A DNA stretch of 64,000 nucleotides from Candidatus Oxydemutatoraceae bacterium (GTDB lineage: Bacteria > Pseudomonadota > Gammaproteobacteria > Poriferisulfidales > Oxydemutatoraceae), in assembly GCA_965219575.1 (NCBI GenBank), contig OZ244779.1, positions 2,220,769-2,284,768 of the forward strand, written 5' to 3'. Positions 30,585 to 40,375 of this stretch are shown piece after piece. Both the position numbers and the translations under genes were made by a program. Positions within the stretch are counted from its first letter, which is position 1, and the number at the start of each line of letters is the position of its first letter. Below the pieces are notes generated by a model, which ran no database searches, was not told the origin of the DNA, and saw only the letters and a list, made by a program, of their open reading frames with translations.

Positions 30585-31268
30585 GGGGCTGTTGAAAAAG
30601 TGTCGTTGTGTATGAACTCAACCGCTTGCGCCGGATGGTTTTGGTTTCTATAAATTGGATGAATAAATGTATAAATTGTACAGGTGCAACGAGTTACGGG
30701 TAGAACAGAGCCGCCGATTGAGCCAGTAGGTGAATCGGCGTGACATTGTGCAAGACCCCAGCGACCACCCCGTCAGGCTGCGCCTGCCACCCCTCCACAG
30801 GAGGGGAATGTACCGACATTATAATCGTGCAGATACGACGGGGCTGTTGAAAAAGTGCGGCATCGTACGAATCCAATCACTTGCGCCATTTGGTTTTGGT
30901 TTCCATAAATTGGATGGATGAATGTATAAATCGTGCAGACACAACGCGTTACGGGCGGACATGTTAGTCCGCCCCTACGGGTGGTTTGCAAATATTCACG
31001 GCGCAAGCGGTTACGGTTGCACGCTGAAGGTACTTTTTCAACAACCCCACGAAACAACCACCCCGTCAGGCTGAATAGAACCGCCGATTGAACCAGTAGG
31101 TCAGTCGGCGTGACTTTGTTCAGAACCTCAACATGACTGCTAAACGCATGCATTGCAAAATGCATAGGCCACCCCTCCACAGGAGGGGAATGTACCAACA
31201 TTATAATCATGCAGATATGAAACAACCACCTCGTCAGGCGAAACCTGCCACCTCTACAAGGAGAGGGA
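30585..31268. repeat. Large composite palindromic repeat array
   Basis: Nested TIR units, REP hairpin, GCCGATTGA hairpins, several CCCCTCC/GGAGGGG modules. Confidence 0.92.
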
Positions 31269-31272
31269 CGGT

Positions 31273-32040
31273 CTAGTTGAATATGTTGGTCTTGTTGAGT
31301 AGGAAGAGGGTGCCTTGGTAATCCATTATGACGCCGTCGGAGTTGATTTGGTGCACCGAGAGGTCGTCGCTGAGTCTTTGCCCTTCGCGTAGTGCGACAC
31401 CGTTAATGATGACTTTGCGGGCTTGCGGGCGTAGATCCGAATGGATATGTGCCGATAGTTGAATATTGGGGATACGTTGCCTTAACCCACTCGGTAGATT
31501 TTCGTAATCGACGATACCTACCGGCAGGGGTTCCCACTCGGGTGCGTCAACTGGATTTTGATATAGATTCGGCGATACCGGTGGTGTATAGGTCGGCGAT
31601 TGCGCGGCAAAATTATTATTCGGAGTTTGCGGTTGAGGTGGATAGTAAGCGGGTGTCGGGTTATTGGGAGCAACATAAGGTACGGCGGGCGGCACGGTGT
31701 TGGACGGCACTACAGCGGTGGGGACAACACTCGTTTGCGGTGGTGGCGAGGTTTGCATTACTTGCGGTTGCGATACCGCACCGTCAATCACCGGGGTCGT
31801 AATCACAACCGATTGTATCTTCTGGTCGGTAGGACTTTGTTCGGTTAGTGGTTTATAAAACCAGAATGCCGCAAAAATTGCCACCGAAACGATACCGGCG
31901 ATCGATAACATGGTTCCGAAACGCTGCCGGCGGTTATCCAGATTTTCAAAACTCTGCACCTGTATAGACGAAATTTCCGGCACCGAACCTAAGTTGCGCT
32001 TGTTTTCTACTTTTTTGAGTGCCGATAAAATGAACGACAT
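31273..32040 (-). CDS. gspB: Type II secretion protein B (ExeB/GspB)
   Basis: MSFILSALKK.E, TM, Pro-rich linker, P..QLSAHIHS...R.VIING...EG. Confidence 0.85.
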   Translation of the reverse strand: MSFILSALKKVENKRNLGSVPEISSIQVQSFENLDNRRQRFGTMLSIAGIVSVAIFAAFWFYKPLTEQSPTDQKIQSVVITTPVIDGAVSQPQVMQTSPPPQTSVVPTAVVPSNTVPPAVPYVAPNNPTPAYYPPQPQTPNNNFAAQSPTYTPPVSPNLYQNPVDAPEWEPLPVGIVDYENLPSGLRQRIPNIQLSAHIHSDLRPQARKVIINGVALREGQRLSDDLSVHQINSDGVIMDYQGTLFLLNKTNIFN

Positions 32041-33900
32041 TTAGCTAACTCCCGAACAGCCTTCGCTTTGTTGTAATTTGGGCGGCTTCCCGGTCAAGGT
32101 ATTAATTTTTATCAATGTTTCCCTCCCGACCAAGCCATCGACAAAGATTCCACAACGTTTCTGCAATAGCCTGATGTGGTTCTCCATATCGTAGTCGTAA
32201 GACAAGGATTCTTTTATGGGCGGGCCATAATCGGTCAGGCTCGCCAGTTGTTCGCTCAACCAACCAACCGTTTGATCGGTGTCGCCGGGATAAATCGTAT
32301 CTCGGTAGTTTTCGGGTCGCTTCCACAATAAGGTATATTCACCCGTCCATACATCATCCAGCTTGTCTTCGGTGAGGTCAATGGTTTGATCCGCCGCAAC
32401 GAGGCGTAGACGGTCGGACTTGTCTATGGCTTTCAGCACGGCATAAAAAAGTTGTCCTTCGGTTGAGATCATTTTTAGCAATGCAGGACGGTTCATGCGT
32501 TTGATGCTATTGATGCCACCACGGCGATGCCAGCAATCCAGCTGGTGACCCAACGCATACTCACAGGGCGATTGCTCCAACACTTCCGGTAGCTCGATGC
32601 CCCAAAGTCCGAACAGTGTGTGGTACGGGTCCCGCTTGCGCGATGCCACCGCTAGACGGTCTTGCCAAAGCGAGGCCACGGGTTCAACTTCTTGCGGTGT
32701 TGCATCGGTATTGCTCGTGTCTCGGTATGTTAGGGCGGATAAGTAATCTATCCTCTCGGGGTTGTCGGCAATTTCGTCATCGTTTATATCTTCTTGTGTG
32801 TCTCCTTGCGCTAGGGTGGATAGGTGATCCATCCCTATGCTGTTGCCGGCAATTTCGCTATCATTTGTCTCTGCCACATTCAAAGTGTGCTCAGCCGTAT
32901 TGCTCGACAGGTTGTTGTCGTTAAACAGTATCGGCAAATGCGGTGGTGCCAAGTTGATCGCAACGGTAACTGCCACTAGCGTTGCCGTTGCCGCCGCAAA
33001 CCAAGCAACGGGGCGAGTATAGTTTCTGCGATTATCGGTTTGCTTAGAACTCGGCATGGCAACGGACAATGCGTTTTTTCGTTTTGAGAACCGGTGTGTG
33101 CCGAATACCTCGCGTGCGGCGCGAGAGACAATGCGAGTATCGACATAACCGCGTTCTTCGGAAAAACATCCGAGCAATGCACGGTCGCATATCAGATTGA
33201 TGAGACGCGGAATACCCTGGCTGTATTTAGCCAACTTGCGCACCGCAGAGTCGGAGAATAGACGCGACGGCGCGCCCACCACCGACAAGCGATGATGAAC
33301 ATAAGCACGCACATCGTTCAGGTTAAAAGGTTTCAGGTGAAAGTGGGCAATGATTCGTTGACGTAATTGACGCAGTCGGGAGTCTGCCAATTTTTCCAGC
33401 AATTCGGGTTGCCCTATCAAGATAATTTGTAGTAGCTTGCTTTCGTTCGTCTCCAGGTTGGTCAGCAGGCGTAGTTGTTCAAGCACTTCGGTGTCGAGGT
33501 TTTGTGCCTCTTCGACGATGACTATGGTACGACGACGACGGGCATAGGTTTCTAATAGGTGTCGGTTTAATACATCGCTTAGCTGCTTGATACCGCTGTT
33601 CTGTTCGTAGACGATGCCCAATTCATCGCATATCGTCTCTAACAATTCGGTTTCGTTGATGCGCGGGTTCAGCACGATGGCAAGGTCTACATCGGTCGGC
33701 AGGTTCTCAACCAAACATCGCCACGCAGTCGTTTTGCCGGTGCCGACCTCGCCGGTGAGTAATATGAAACCACCGTTTTCGTTCAAGCCGTATTGCAGAT
33801 GGGCAAGTGCTTCGCGATGTTGTTCGCTCAGATAGAAATAACGCGGGTTCGGCGCAATCGTGAACGGGTTTTCGCTGAAATTGAAATAGCGTTCGTACAT
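32041..33900 (-). CDS. gspA: ExeA/GspA AAA ATPase with a peptidoglycan-binding C-terminus
   Basis: MY..YF.F.ENPF.I.PNPR, TGEVGTGKTT, EQLRLLTNLET, GIPRLIN..CDRAL, DGLVG.ET. Confidence 0.93.
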   Translation of the reverse strand: MYERYFNFSENPFTIAPNPRYFYLSEQHREALAHLQYGLNENGGFILLTGEVGTGKTTAWRCLVENLPTDVDLAIVLNPRINETELLETICDELGIVYEQNSGIKQLSDVLNRHLLETYARRRRTIVIVEEAQNLDTEVLEQLRLLTNLETNESKLLQIILIGQPELLEKLADSRLRQLRQRIIAHFHLKPFNLNDVRAYVHHRLSVVGAPSRLFSDSAVRKLAKYSQGIPRLINLICDRALLGCFSEERGYVDTRIVSRAAREVFGTHRFSKRKNALSVAMPSSKQTDNRRNYTRPVAWFAAATATLVAVTVAINLAPPHLPILFNDNNLSSNTAEHTLNVAETNDSEIAGNSIGMDHLSTLAQGDTQEDINDDEIADNPERIDYLSALTYRDTSNTDATPQEVEPVASLWQDRLAVASRKRDPYHTLFGLWGIELPEVLEQSPCEYALGHQLDCWHRRGGINSIKRMNRPALLKMISTEGQLFYAVLKAIDKSDRLRLVAADQTIDLTEDKLDDVWTGEYTLLWKRPENYRDTIYPGDTDQTVGWLSEQLASLTDYGPPIKESLSYDYDMENHIRLLQKRCGIFVDGLVGRETLIKINTLTGKPPKLQQSEGCSGVS

Positions 33901-33926
33901 TATGTATAGGGTGCTATTGCGATGAC

Positions 33927-36047
33927 TTAAGTACGCCCGTCGGAAGTGCGAGAACGGGAACTCGGGCTAGGACTAGACCTAGGCGATGATGTCGGGCGTT
34001 TTCTAACGGTCGGGGGTTGGCGTTCCGTTTCCAGCCGCGGCAACAGCATCGTTTCAGTCTCGTCATCTAATAGCGTATCGGTTCTTTTTAGATGTTCCAG
34101 TTGTTCCAAGCGTAGTTGCACATAACGATTGGATGCTTCTTGATATGCGTCTTCGGTAGTCCGAAAAATAGTCGGGCGAATGAAAACCATCAGATTGGTT
34201 TTGTCGTTATTGCTATCGCGTCCTTTGAATAGATTACCTAAAACCGGCAGGTTGCTTAATAACGGAACTCGATTTTTAGAATCTTGTCGTCGCTCTTCAA
34301 CCAAACCACCCAAAACCACGATTTTACCGTCGTCCACAACAACATGGGTTTGGATTTCTCTATCGGAAGTGACCGGACGGGGAGTATCAGCACCGCTAGT
34401 TACCCGTTTTACTTTCTGTTTTATTTTAAGACTTACTGCATCACCTTTGGTTATTTGCGGTGTTACCTCTAGCTCGGTATCTACATCCAAGCGTTCTATG
34501 TTTCGCTCAACGGTGCCCTCTACGCCAACAGCACCCGCATCAATGCTCCTTTCTTCACCGACTTTGATTAACGCTTTCTCGTTGTTTAGCGTCATTACCG
34601 ACGGGGTGGCAAGAATATTCGTATTTCGATCCGTGTTAAGTGCTTGTATAAACAAGCCTAAGTTGAGATCGCCCGACCGACCTCCGGCAAAAACATTAAA
34701 AGACGGGGTATCGGCAGTAAGGTTAAAAGCGGCAAACAAACCGCGCAAGCTGGTTACCGGATTTCTGTTTCTTGGACTAGTTCCTCCTCCCGGTAAGTCG
34801 GTACCATCTTTGCTACCACTCAGTCGAGTGCTTATGTTTGCCGAACGATTTAAGGATAGCTCGGCGATAATCGCTTCTATCAGAACCTGTGGGCGCGGCA
34901 CATCCAGTCGTTCAACGACATCGGCAATCGCCTGCACCAGATTAGCTGCCCCACTGACAATTAATACATTGGTATCGGAATCGGATTGCACGGTATAACC
35001 GCTACCGCTTAAAGTCTCGCCTTTTTTCTCGTCCTTTTTGTCGTCGTCCTTTTTGTCGTCATCCTTTTTATCGTCGTCTTTTTTGTCGTCGTCCTTTTTG
35101 TCGTCGGCTTTCGGTGCTTGCCGATCATCCATAATGTCGCCTTCGCTGGCTAATTCCAAAAATTGCTTGGTCAATAAGCCTTTGAGTATGCTTTTCATGT
35201 CGTCGGCGTTGGCGTAGCTCAGCGGTATCACGCGCACCACGCCGCGTTGATCCGAGGTCGTCGGACGCGTATCCAATTCGGCAATTAGCGCGCGCAACGG
35301 CAGGCGATCTTGCGGTTCGCCGGTCAAGATGATGCGGTCGTTCTTTTGGTCGGTGACGATTTTAGCCAACTGTTTGAGGGCGGGGTTGCGCGCTTTTTCT
35401 ATGATCCTTGCTATGTCGTCGGCTTTCAAATGTTTGAGTTCGATAATCTCATAGTCGTCTAGGGACTTTCTGTCAACCGCCTTGATGATTTCTTTGATAC
35501 GCTCTATGTTGGTCTTGAGTTCGGTGACGATCAGCGAGTTAAGACGTTTGAAAGGAACGACTTGCGCCTCACCGGTCATCAACGGCCGGATAATCGGAAT
35601 AACGGCACCCACATCTAAATGTCTGACGGGGATAATTTCGGTTTGCAGGGAACTTGCCACATCCAGCGGTGAATAGCGCGGTGCGAGGTTGGCAGGCACG
35701 ATGCTCGTCAAACCGTTTGCCACGTCCACCGCTCTGAAACCTTGCATCGCCAATACCGTCAGCATAATATCGTAAAGCGCGTCGTCCGGTACTTCGGAAT
35801 TGGCTATAATCGTCGTTTTACCTCTGACCCTGGCATCCATTAAAAAGTTACGCCCGGTTAATTCGGACATACTTTCGATGAACTGCCTGATCTCGACATC
35901 TCTGAAGTTGATTGTTGCCGCCGTCGATAAAGACGGGACTACCAACATCAGTCCCAGCATGATAGCGCATAGCTTTTTAGAGAATAGATTGCCGTTTATT
36001 TCGGCAGAGCGAATAGATACTTTTTCAGTGGCTTTGCGTTGCCACAT
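33927..36047 (-). CDS. gspD: Type II secretion secretin
   Basis: INFRDVEIRQFI, RPQVLIEAIIAE, NILATPS..TLNNE.A, VPLLS.LP.LG.LF; likely start 36047 (the ORF-track start overlaps gspC). Confidence 0.93.
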   Translation of the reverse strand: MWQRKATEKVSIRSAEINGNLFSKKLCAIMLGLMLVVPSLSTAATINFRDVEIRQFIESMSELTGRNFLMDARVRGKTTIIANSEVPDDALYDIMLTVLAMQGFRAVDVANGLTSIVPANLAPRYSPLDVASSLQTEIIPVRHLDVGAVIPIIRPLMTGEAQVVPFKRLNSLIVTELKTNIERIKEIIKAVDRKSLDDYEIIELKHLKADDIARIIEKARNPALKQLAKIVTDQKNDRIILTGEPQDRLPLRALIAELDTRPTTSDQRGVVRVIPLSYANADDMKSILKGLLTKQFLELASEGDIMDDRQAPKADDKKDDDKKDDDKKDDDKKDDDKKDEKKGETLSGSGYTVQSDSDTNVLIVSGAANLVQAIADVVERLDVPRPQVLIEAIIAELSLNRSANISTRLSGSKDGTDLPGGGTSPRNRNPVTSLRGLFAAFNLTADTPSFNVFAGGRSGDLNLGLFIQALNTDRNTNILATPSVMTLNNEKALIKVGEERSIDAGAVGVEGTVERNIERLDVDTELEVTPQITKGDAVSLKIKQKVKRVTSGADTPRPVTSDREIQTHVVVDDGKIVVLGGLVEERRQDSKNRVPLLSNLPVLGNLFKGRDSNNDKTNLMVFIRPTIFRTTEDAYQEASNRYVQLRLEQLEHLKRTDTLLDDETETMLLPRLETERQPPTVRKRPTSSPRSSPSPSSRSRTSDGRT
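35031..35106 (-). repeat. In-frame 15-bp tandem repeat encoding (DDKKD)n within gspD
   Basis: ADDKKDDDKKDDDKKDDDKKDDDKKDEKK. Confidence 0.9.
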
Positions 36048-36057
36048 AGATAATTTA

Positions 36058-36966
36058 TTAATTGATTTTAACAACGGTACTCTCCAGTTTTCCCTCTCTG
36101 ATATACTGAATTCTAACTTCTTTTTCATTTATTATATTTCTGAGAGACGACGGGTTTTCCATAATATCGGTAATCCGCTGCTTGGCAATCCCCAACACGA
36201 TATCTCCCGGGTTCAGGTCGAGCTGGGTAAATAAATCGTATTCGGAACTCATTCCCGGTTCGATTTTAACGCCTTCACCGTAGCGTCCGGTATTAACTCT
36301 CTCAAATTTAACCATCTCCCCTATTTTAAGCGGATTTTCCTTGATGACCGCAATAACATTATCGTTGCGCCTTGCGGGCGGTGGAGCTTCTGTCGATGCC
36401 GATGCCGCCGCTTGTGCTTGCGGTGCCGGGTCGGTGAACAAATTATTTGCTTTCTTGATTGCTAATTTTTCCTCGGTCTCACCTCTTAACAATATAACAT
36501 GATCATTTCCCAACCGAGATAGGAATACACCCTCTTTGATCTCGTCACCGATTGCATAAATTTTAGGACCTCTGTTTTCGACATTAATCATTGCCGTACC
36601 GGTCTCACCAACACCGACAATACCGATTAACGTGGCCTGGATGCGGGCAATCTGAACCGGCTTGGGCTTGGGTGGTTGGCGTAACTTAAACCATTCCCAT
36701 GATGTTGAGGCATTGCCGGCTTGACCGCGGACTGCCAACTGCTTTCCGATATCGCCGCTCTGCTCCAAAGATATCGTATCGGGATAATAAATCTTCCAAA
36801 AAATATCCGATAATAAAAAAGTGCATACCGGCACCAAAATCCACGCAATAACACGACCCAGAACCTTACTAATGCTTGCTGCCGGCAAACTCAATCCCGA
36901 CGACGATATTACGAAACTACTCATAATCGCTCCCCTTGCAATAACCTTAGATGCAAGATAAACCAT
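36058..36966 (-). CDS. gspC: Type II secretion protein C
   Basis: TM, L.GIV..G..AMI, Y.IGDEI, D.VIL.R.G..E.L, PDZ-like tail; upstream of gspD. Confidence 0.85.
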   Translation of the reverse strand: MVYLASKVIARGAIMSSFVISSSGLSLPAASISKVLGRVIAWILVPVCTFLLSDIFWKIYYPDTISLEQSGDIGKQLAVRGQAGNASTSWEWFKLRQPPKPKPVQIARIQATLIGIVGVGETGTAMINVENRGPKIYAIGDEIKEGVFLSRLGNDHVILLRGETEEKLAIKKANNLFTDPAPQAQAAASASTEAPPPARRNDNVIAVIKENPLKIGEMVKFERVNTGRYGEGVKIEPGMSSEYDLFTQLDLNPGDIVLGIAKQRITDIMENPSSLRNIINEKEVRIQYIREGKLESTVVKIN

Positions 36967-37083
36967 TCTACCACATTATAGATAAATATAGATTTTCGGT
37001 GTGATCGGCAGTCGGCGAAGCCTGTGTAAAAACTGAAAATTACACAATCTATCTGCGTTATAATTCAACTCAAGAGGTTAAAA

Positions 37084-37320
37084 ATGGAAAATATAGAACT
37101 AAGACTAAGCAAAGTTGAAGCCGACATCATAGACATGAAAACCGATATGGCAATCGTGAAAACCGACATTGTGAATATACAAGCCGACATAGCGGTTATG
37201 AGAGCAGAACACTCTAAATTCAGGGATGATAACTATAAATGAAGCCTCATTGCGCTAGCTTTCGGCATCGTTGTTTCGATAAGTGCTATTGTCAGTGCAG
37301 TCGTGATTTTTGTGAACTGA
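37084..37320 (+). pseudogene. Coiled-coil/TM paralogue with an in-frame TGA
   Basis: GAGG RBS; MENIELRLSKVEADIIDMKTDMAIVKTDI...NYK*SLIALAFGIVVSISAIVSAVVIFVN*; TGA at 37240-37242 where paralogues have Trp. Confidence 0.75.
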
Positions 37321-37332
37321 TGTCTAAAAACG

Positions 37333-37636
37333 TGGGGCTGTTGGAAAAGTATTTCATGCAATGTAAGGGCAGAACAGAGCCACCGATTGAGCCAGTGGGT
37401 CAATCGGCAATTTAATAATGTCTGCCCTAAAGTATCGTTCAGAATAGCCACAACCGCTTGCGCCATTTGATTTTGGTTTCCATAAATTGGATGAATGAAT
37501 GTATAAATTGTACAGACGCAACGCGTTACGGGCGGACATGTTAGTCCGCCCCTACGGTTCGTGGATATTTTTCAACAGTCCCATAACACAACCACCCCGT
37601 CAGGCTGCGCCTGCCACCCCTCCAGAGGAGGGGAAT
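37333..37636. repeat. Composite palindromic repeat array
   Basis: TIR-bounded unit plus CCCCTCC-AGA-GGAGGGG module. Confidence 0.9.
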
Positions 37637-37642
37637 TAACTA

Positions 37643-38785
37643 GTGCAGACCCGTTACAATTACAAGGTCGGAAGTTTCTGGACGGCGAGACAACGACAGG
37701 GACATAGCCTTCACGAAATTAGCTATAGAGCTTGTTTTAAGCCGCAGTTGCCGTCTTACTTTATAGATAAATATACATCGGTCGGCGATATCGTCCTCGA
37801 TCCTTTTATGGGCAGAGGCACCACCGCATTGCAAGCATCTTTAACGGAACGCATCGCTTACGGTAGCGATATCAATCCGTTGTCCACCATTCTTGTTGCG
37901 CCTAGATTAAATCCCCCCAATTTATGCGATGTAGAAAAAACACTCAGAGCGATGCCACAGAACGCAGACATACTCGACGAATACCGAGAGTTACTAACTT
38001 TTTTTCATCCGCAAACCCTAAGCCACTTAATAGCGATAAGGAATTGGTTTACAGAAAAAGAAACGAACAACACGATGACGAGTGCAGATCACTGGATACG
38101 AATGGTCATATTGAATAGGCTCAGCGGACATTCATCGGGGTTTTTATCGGTAAAAACCATGCCACCTAATCAAGCGGTCTCCGTAGAGAAACAGGCACAG
38201 ATAAACAAGCAATATAACCGCACACCGGAGCCTAAAGATTTAATCGCTATCGTGATGAAAAAAAGCAGAACCTTATTAAGGTCCGGATATCCATCGGCAT
38301 TAAAGTTCGGATATCCGCCGGTGGACGATAAACATAAATTGAGGTGTTGCCGTGCCGACGCGTTGGACTATATCAAAACCGGTGAGGTTAAACTGGTGGT
38401 GACATCGCCGCCGTTCCTGGACATAGTGGATTATGCCAAGGATAACTGGTTGCGGTGTTGGTTCGCCGATATAGACCCCGATAAAGTGAGCATCGATTGC
38501 CATAGCACCGTAGAAAAGTGGCGAGGGTTTGTGCGGCGAGTCTTCACCGAGTTTGCAAGGGTGGTGATGCCCGGCGGCTATGTCGCTTTTGAAGTGGGAG
38601 AGGTGCGCAACGGGAAAGTGCTATTGGACGAGGAGGTATTGAAATCAATAACAGACCTGCCTTTTGAACTCGTAGAGGTGCTCATCAATCAACAAGAATT
38701 TACTAAAACTTCTAATTGCTGGGGAATTAGCAACAATAAATCGGGGACTTTGACAAATAGAATAGTCGTTGTCCAAAAGAAATGA
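37643..38785 (+). CDS. Orphan amino-DNA methyltransferase (N4-C/N6-A)
   Basis: VLDPFMGRGTT (motif I) precedes VVTSPPF (motif IV); no adjacent endonuclease. Confidence 0.85.
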   Translation: MQTRYNYKVGSFWTARQRQGHSLHEISYRACFKPQLPSYFIDKYTSVGDIVLDPFMGRGTTALQASLTERIAYGSDINPLSTILVAPRLNPPNLCDVEKTLRAMPQNADILDEYRELLTFFHPQTLSHLIAIRNWFTEKETNNTMTSADHWIRMVILNRLSGHSSGFLSVKTMPPNQAVSVEKQAQINKQYNRTPEPKDLIAIVMKKSRTLLRSGYPSALKFGYPPVDDKHKLRCCRADALDYIKTGEVKLVVTSPPFLDIVDYAKDNWLRCWFADIDPDKVSIDCHSTVEKWRGFVRRVFTEFARVVMPGGYVAFEVGEVRNGKVLLDEEVLKSITDLPFELVEVLINQQEFTKTSNCWGISNNKSGTLTNRIVVVQKK

Positions 38786-39246
38786 AGCTGTTGAAAAAGT
38801 ACTCCCTCTCCCAAGCCATAGGGTGGTTTGCAGATATTCAATGGTGCAAGCGGTTGGGTTCGTGCAAACATGACGCGTGTTCGGGTGGACATGCAAGTCC
38901 GCCCCTACGACTCGGTGGTTTGCATAAATTCATGGCGCAAGCGGCTACGACGGAAATGAAGCTGTTGAAAAAGTACTCCCTCTCCCAAGCCATAGGGTGG
39001 TTTGCAGATATTCAATGGCGCAAGCGGTTGGGTTCGTGCAAACATGACGCGTGTTCGGGCGGACATGCAAGTCCGCCCCTACGACTCAGTGGTTTGCAGA
39101 TATTCAATGGTGCAAGCGGTTGGGTTCGTGCAAACATGACGCGTGTTCGGGTGGACATGCAAGTCCGCCCCTAAGACTCGGTGGTTTGCATAAATTCATG
39201 GCGCAAGCGGCTACGGTTGTACAACGATACTTTTTCAACAGTCCCG
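38781..39246. repeat. Composite repeat array with 174-bp and 92-bp tandem duplications
   Basis: AATGAAGCTGTTGAAAAAG at 38781 and 38955; GTGGTTTGCAGATATTCAATGG at 38823, 38997, 39089. Confidence 0.92.
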
Positions 39247-39338
39247 AAATAGCCGAGGACGCAGGTGATAGTACGACGAAAAAATGCTAACATACACATT
39301 TATAAACTAATCGTCTATTTCTCAACAGGACTATCCAG

Positions 39339-39617
39339 ATGAAGCTAATCTCTTTATTATCTGCGGTTGCCGCTTGGTCGCTTGCCGTCGTATTGGTTAT
39401 GCAGTTGTTGTCCGGTAACTTTGACACCCGCACTTGCCAAACGGATTGCGTGCAGAACATCTTTTGGTTATCTTTAGGTGTGTGCGTGCTCGGCTTGATA
39501 GTCGGTTGGGGTTTCGTTAAAAAACCCAAGCCCGGTTCGGTTATGTTTGCCAACATCGCGCTGTCGTTATTGCTTCTCATCTACTTGACCACGATAGGAA
39601 TCGGTACCTTTGGCTAA
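39339..39617 (+). CDS. Small membrane protein of unknown function
   Basis: Three hydrophobic segments, CQTDC motif, AGGA upstream. Confidence 0.65.
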   Translation: MKLISLLSAVAAWSLAVVLVMQLLSGNFDTRTCQTDCVQNIFWLSLGVCVLGLIVGWGFVKKPKPGSVMFANIALSLLLLIYLTTIGIGTFG

Positions 39618-39633
39618 CAAGCATGGATAAATT

Positions 39634-40355
<722 letters not shown>

Positions 40356-40375
40356 TGCATGATGGGAGACACGCT

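Noticed and set aside
34180-34998. 272-aa plus-strand ORF
   Set aside because: Antisense to the gspD secretin domain, with no recognisable motifs.
36048-36128. N-terminal extension of GspD in the ORF track
   Set aside because: It overlaps the gspC 3' end; the ATG at 36047 or later fits the signal peptide better.
37240-37242. TGA recoded as Trp genome-wide (alternative genetic code)
   Set aside because: Conserved genes such as rnt, zapA and coaD end at TGA at their expected lengths, and Trp is encoded by TGG elsewhere.
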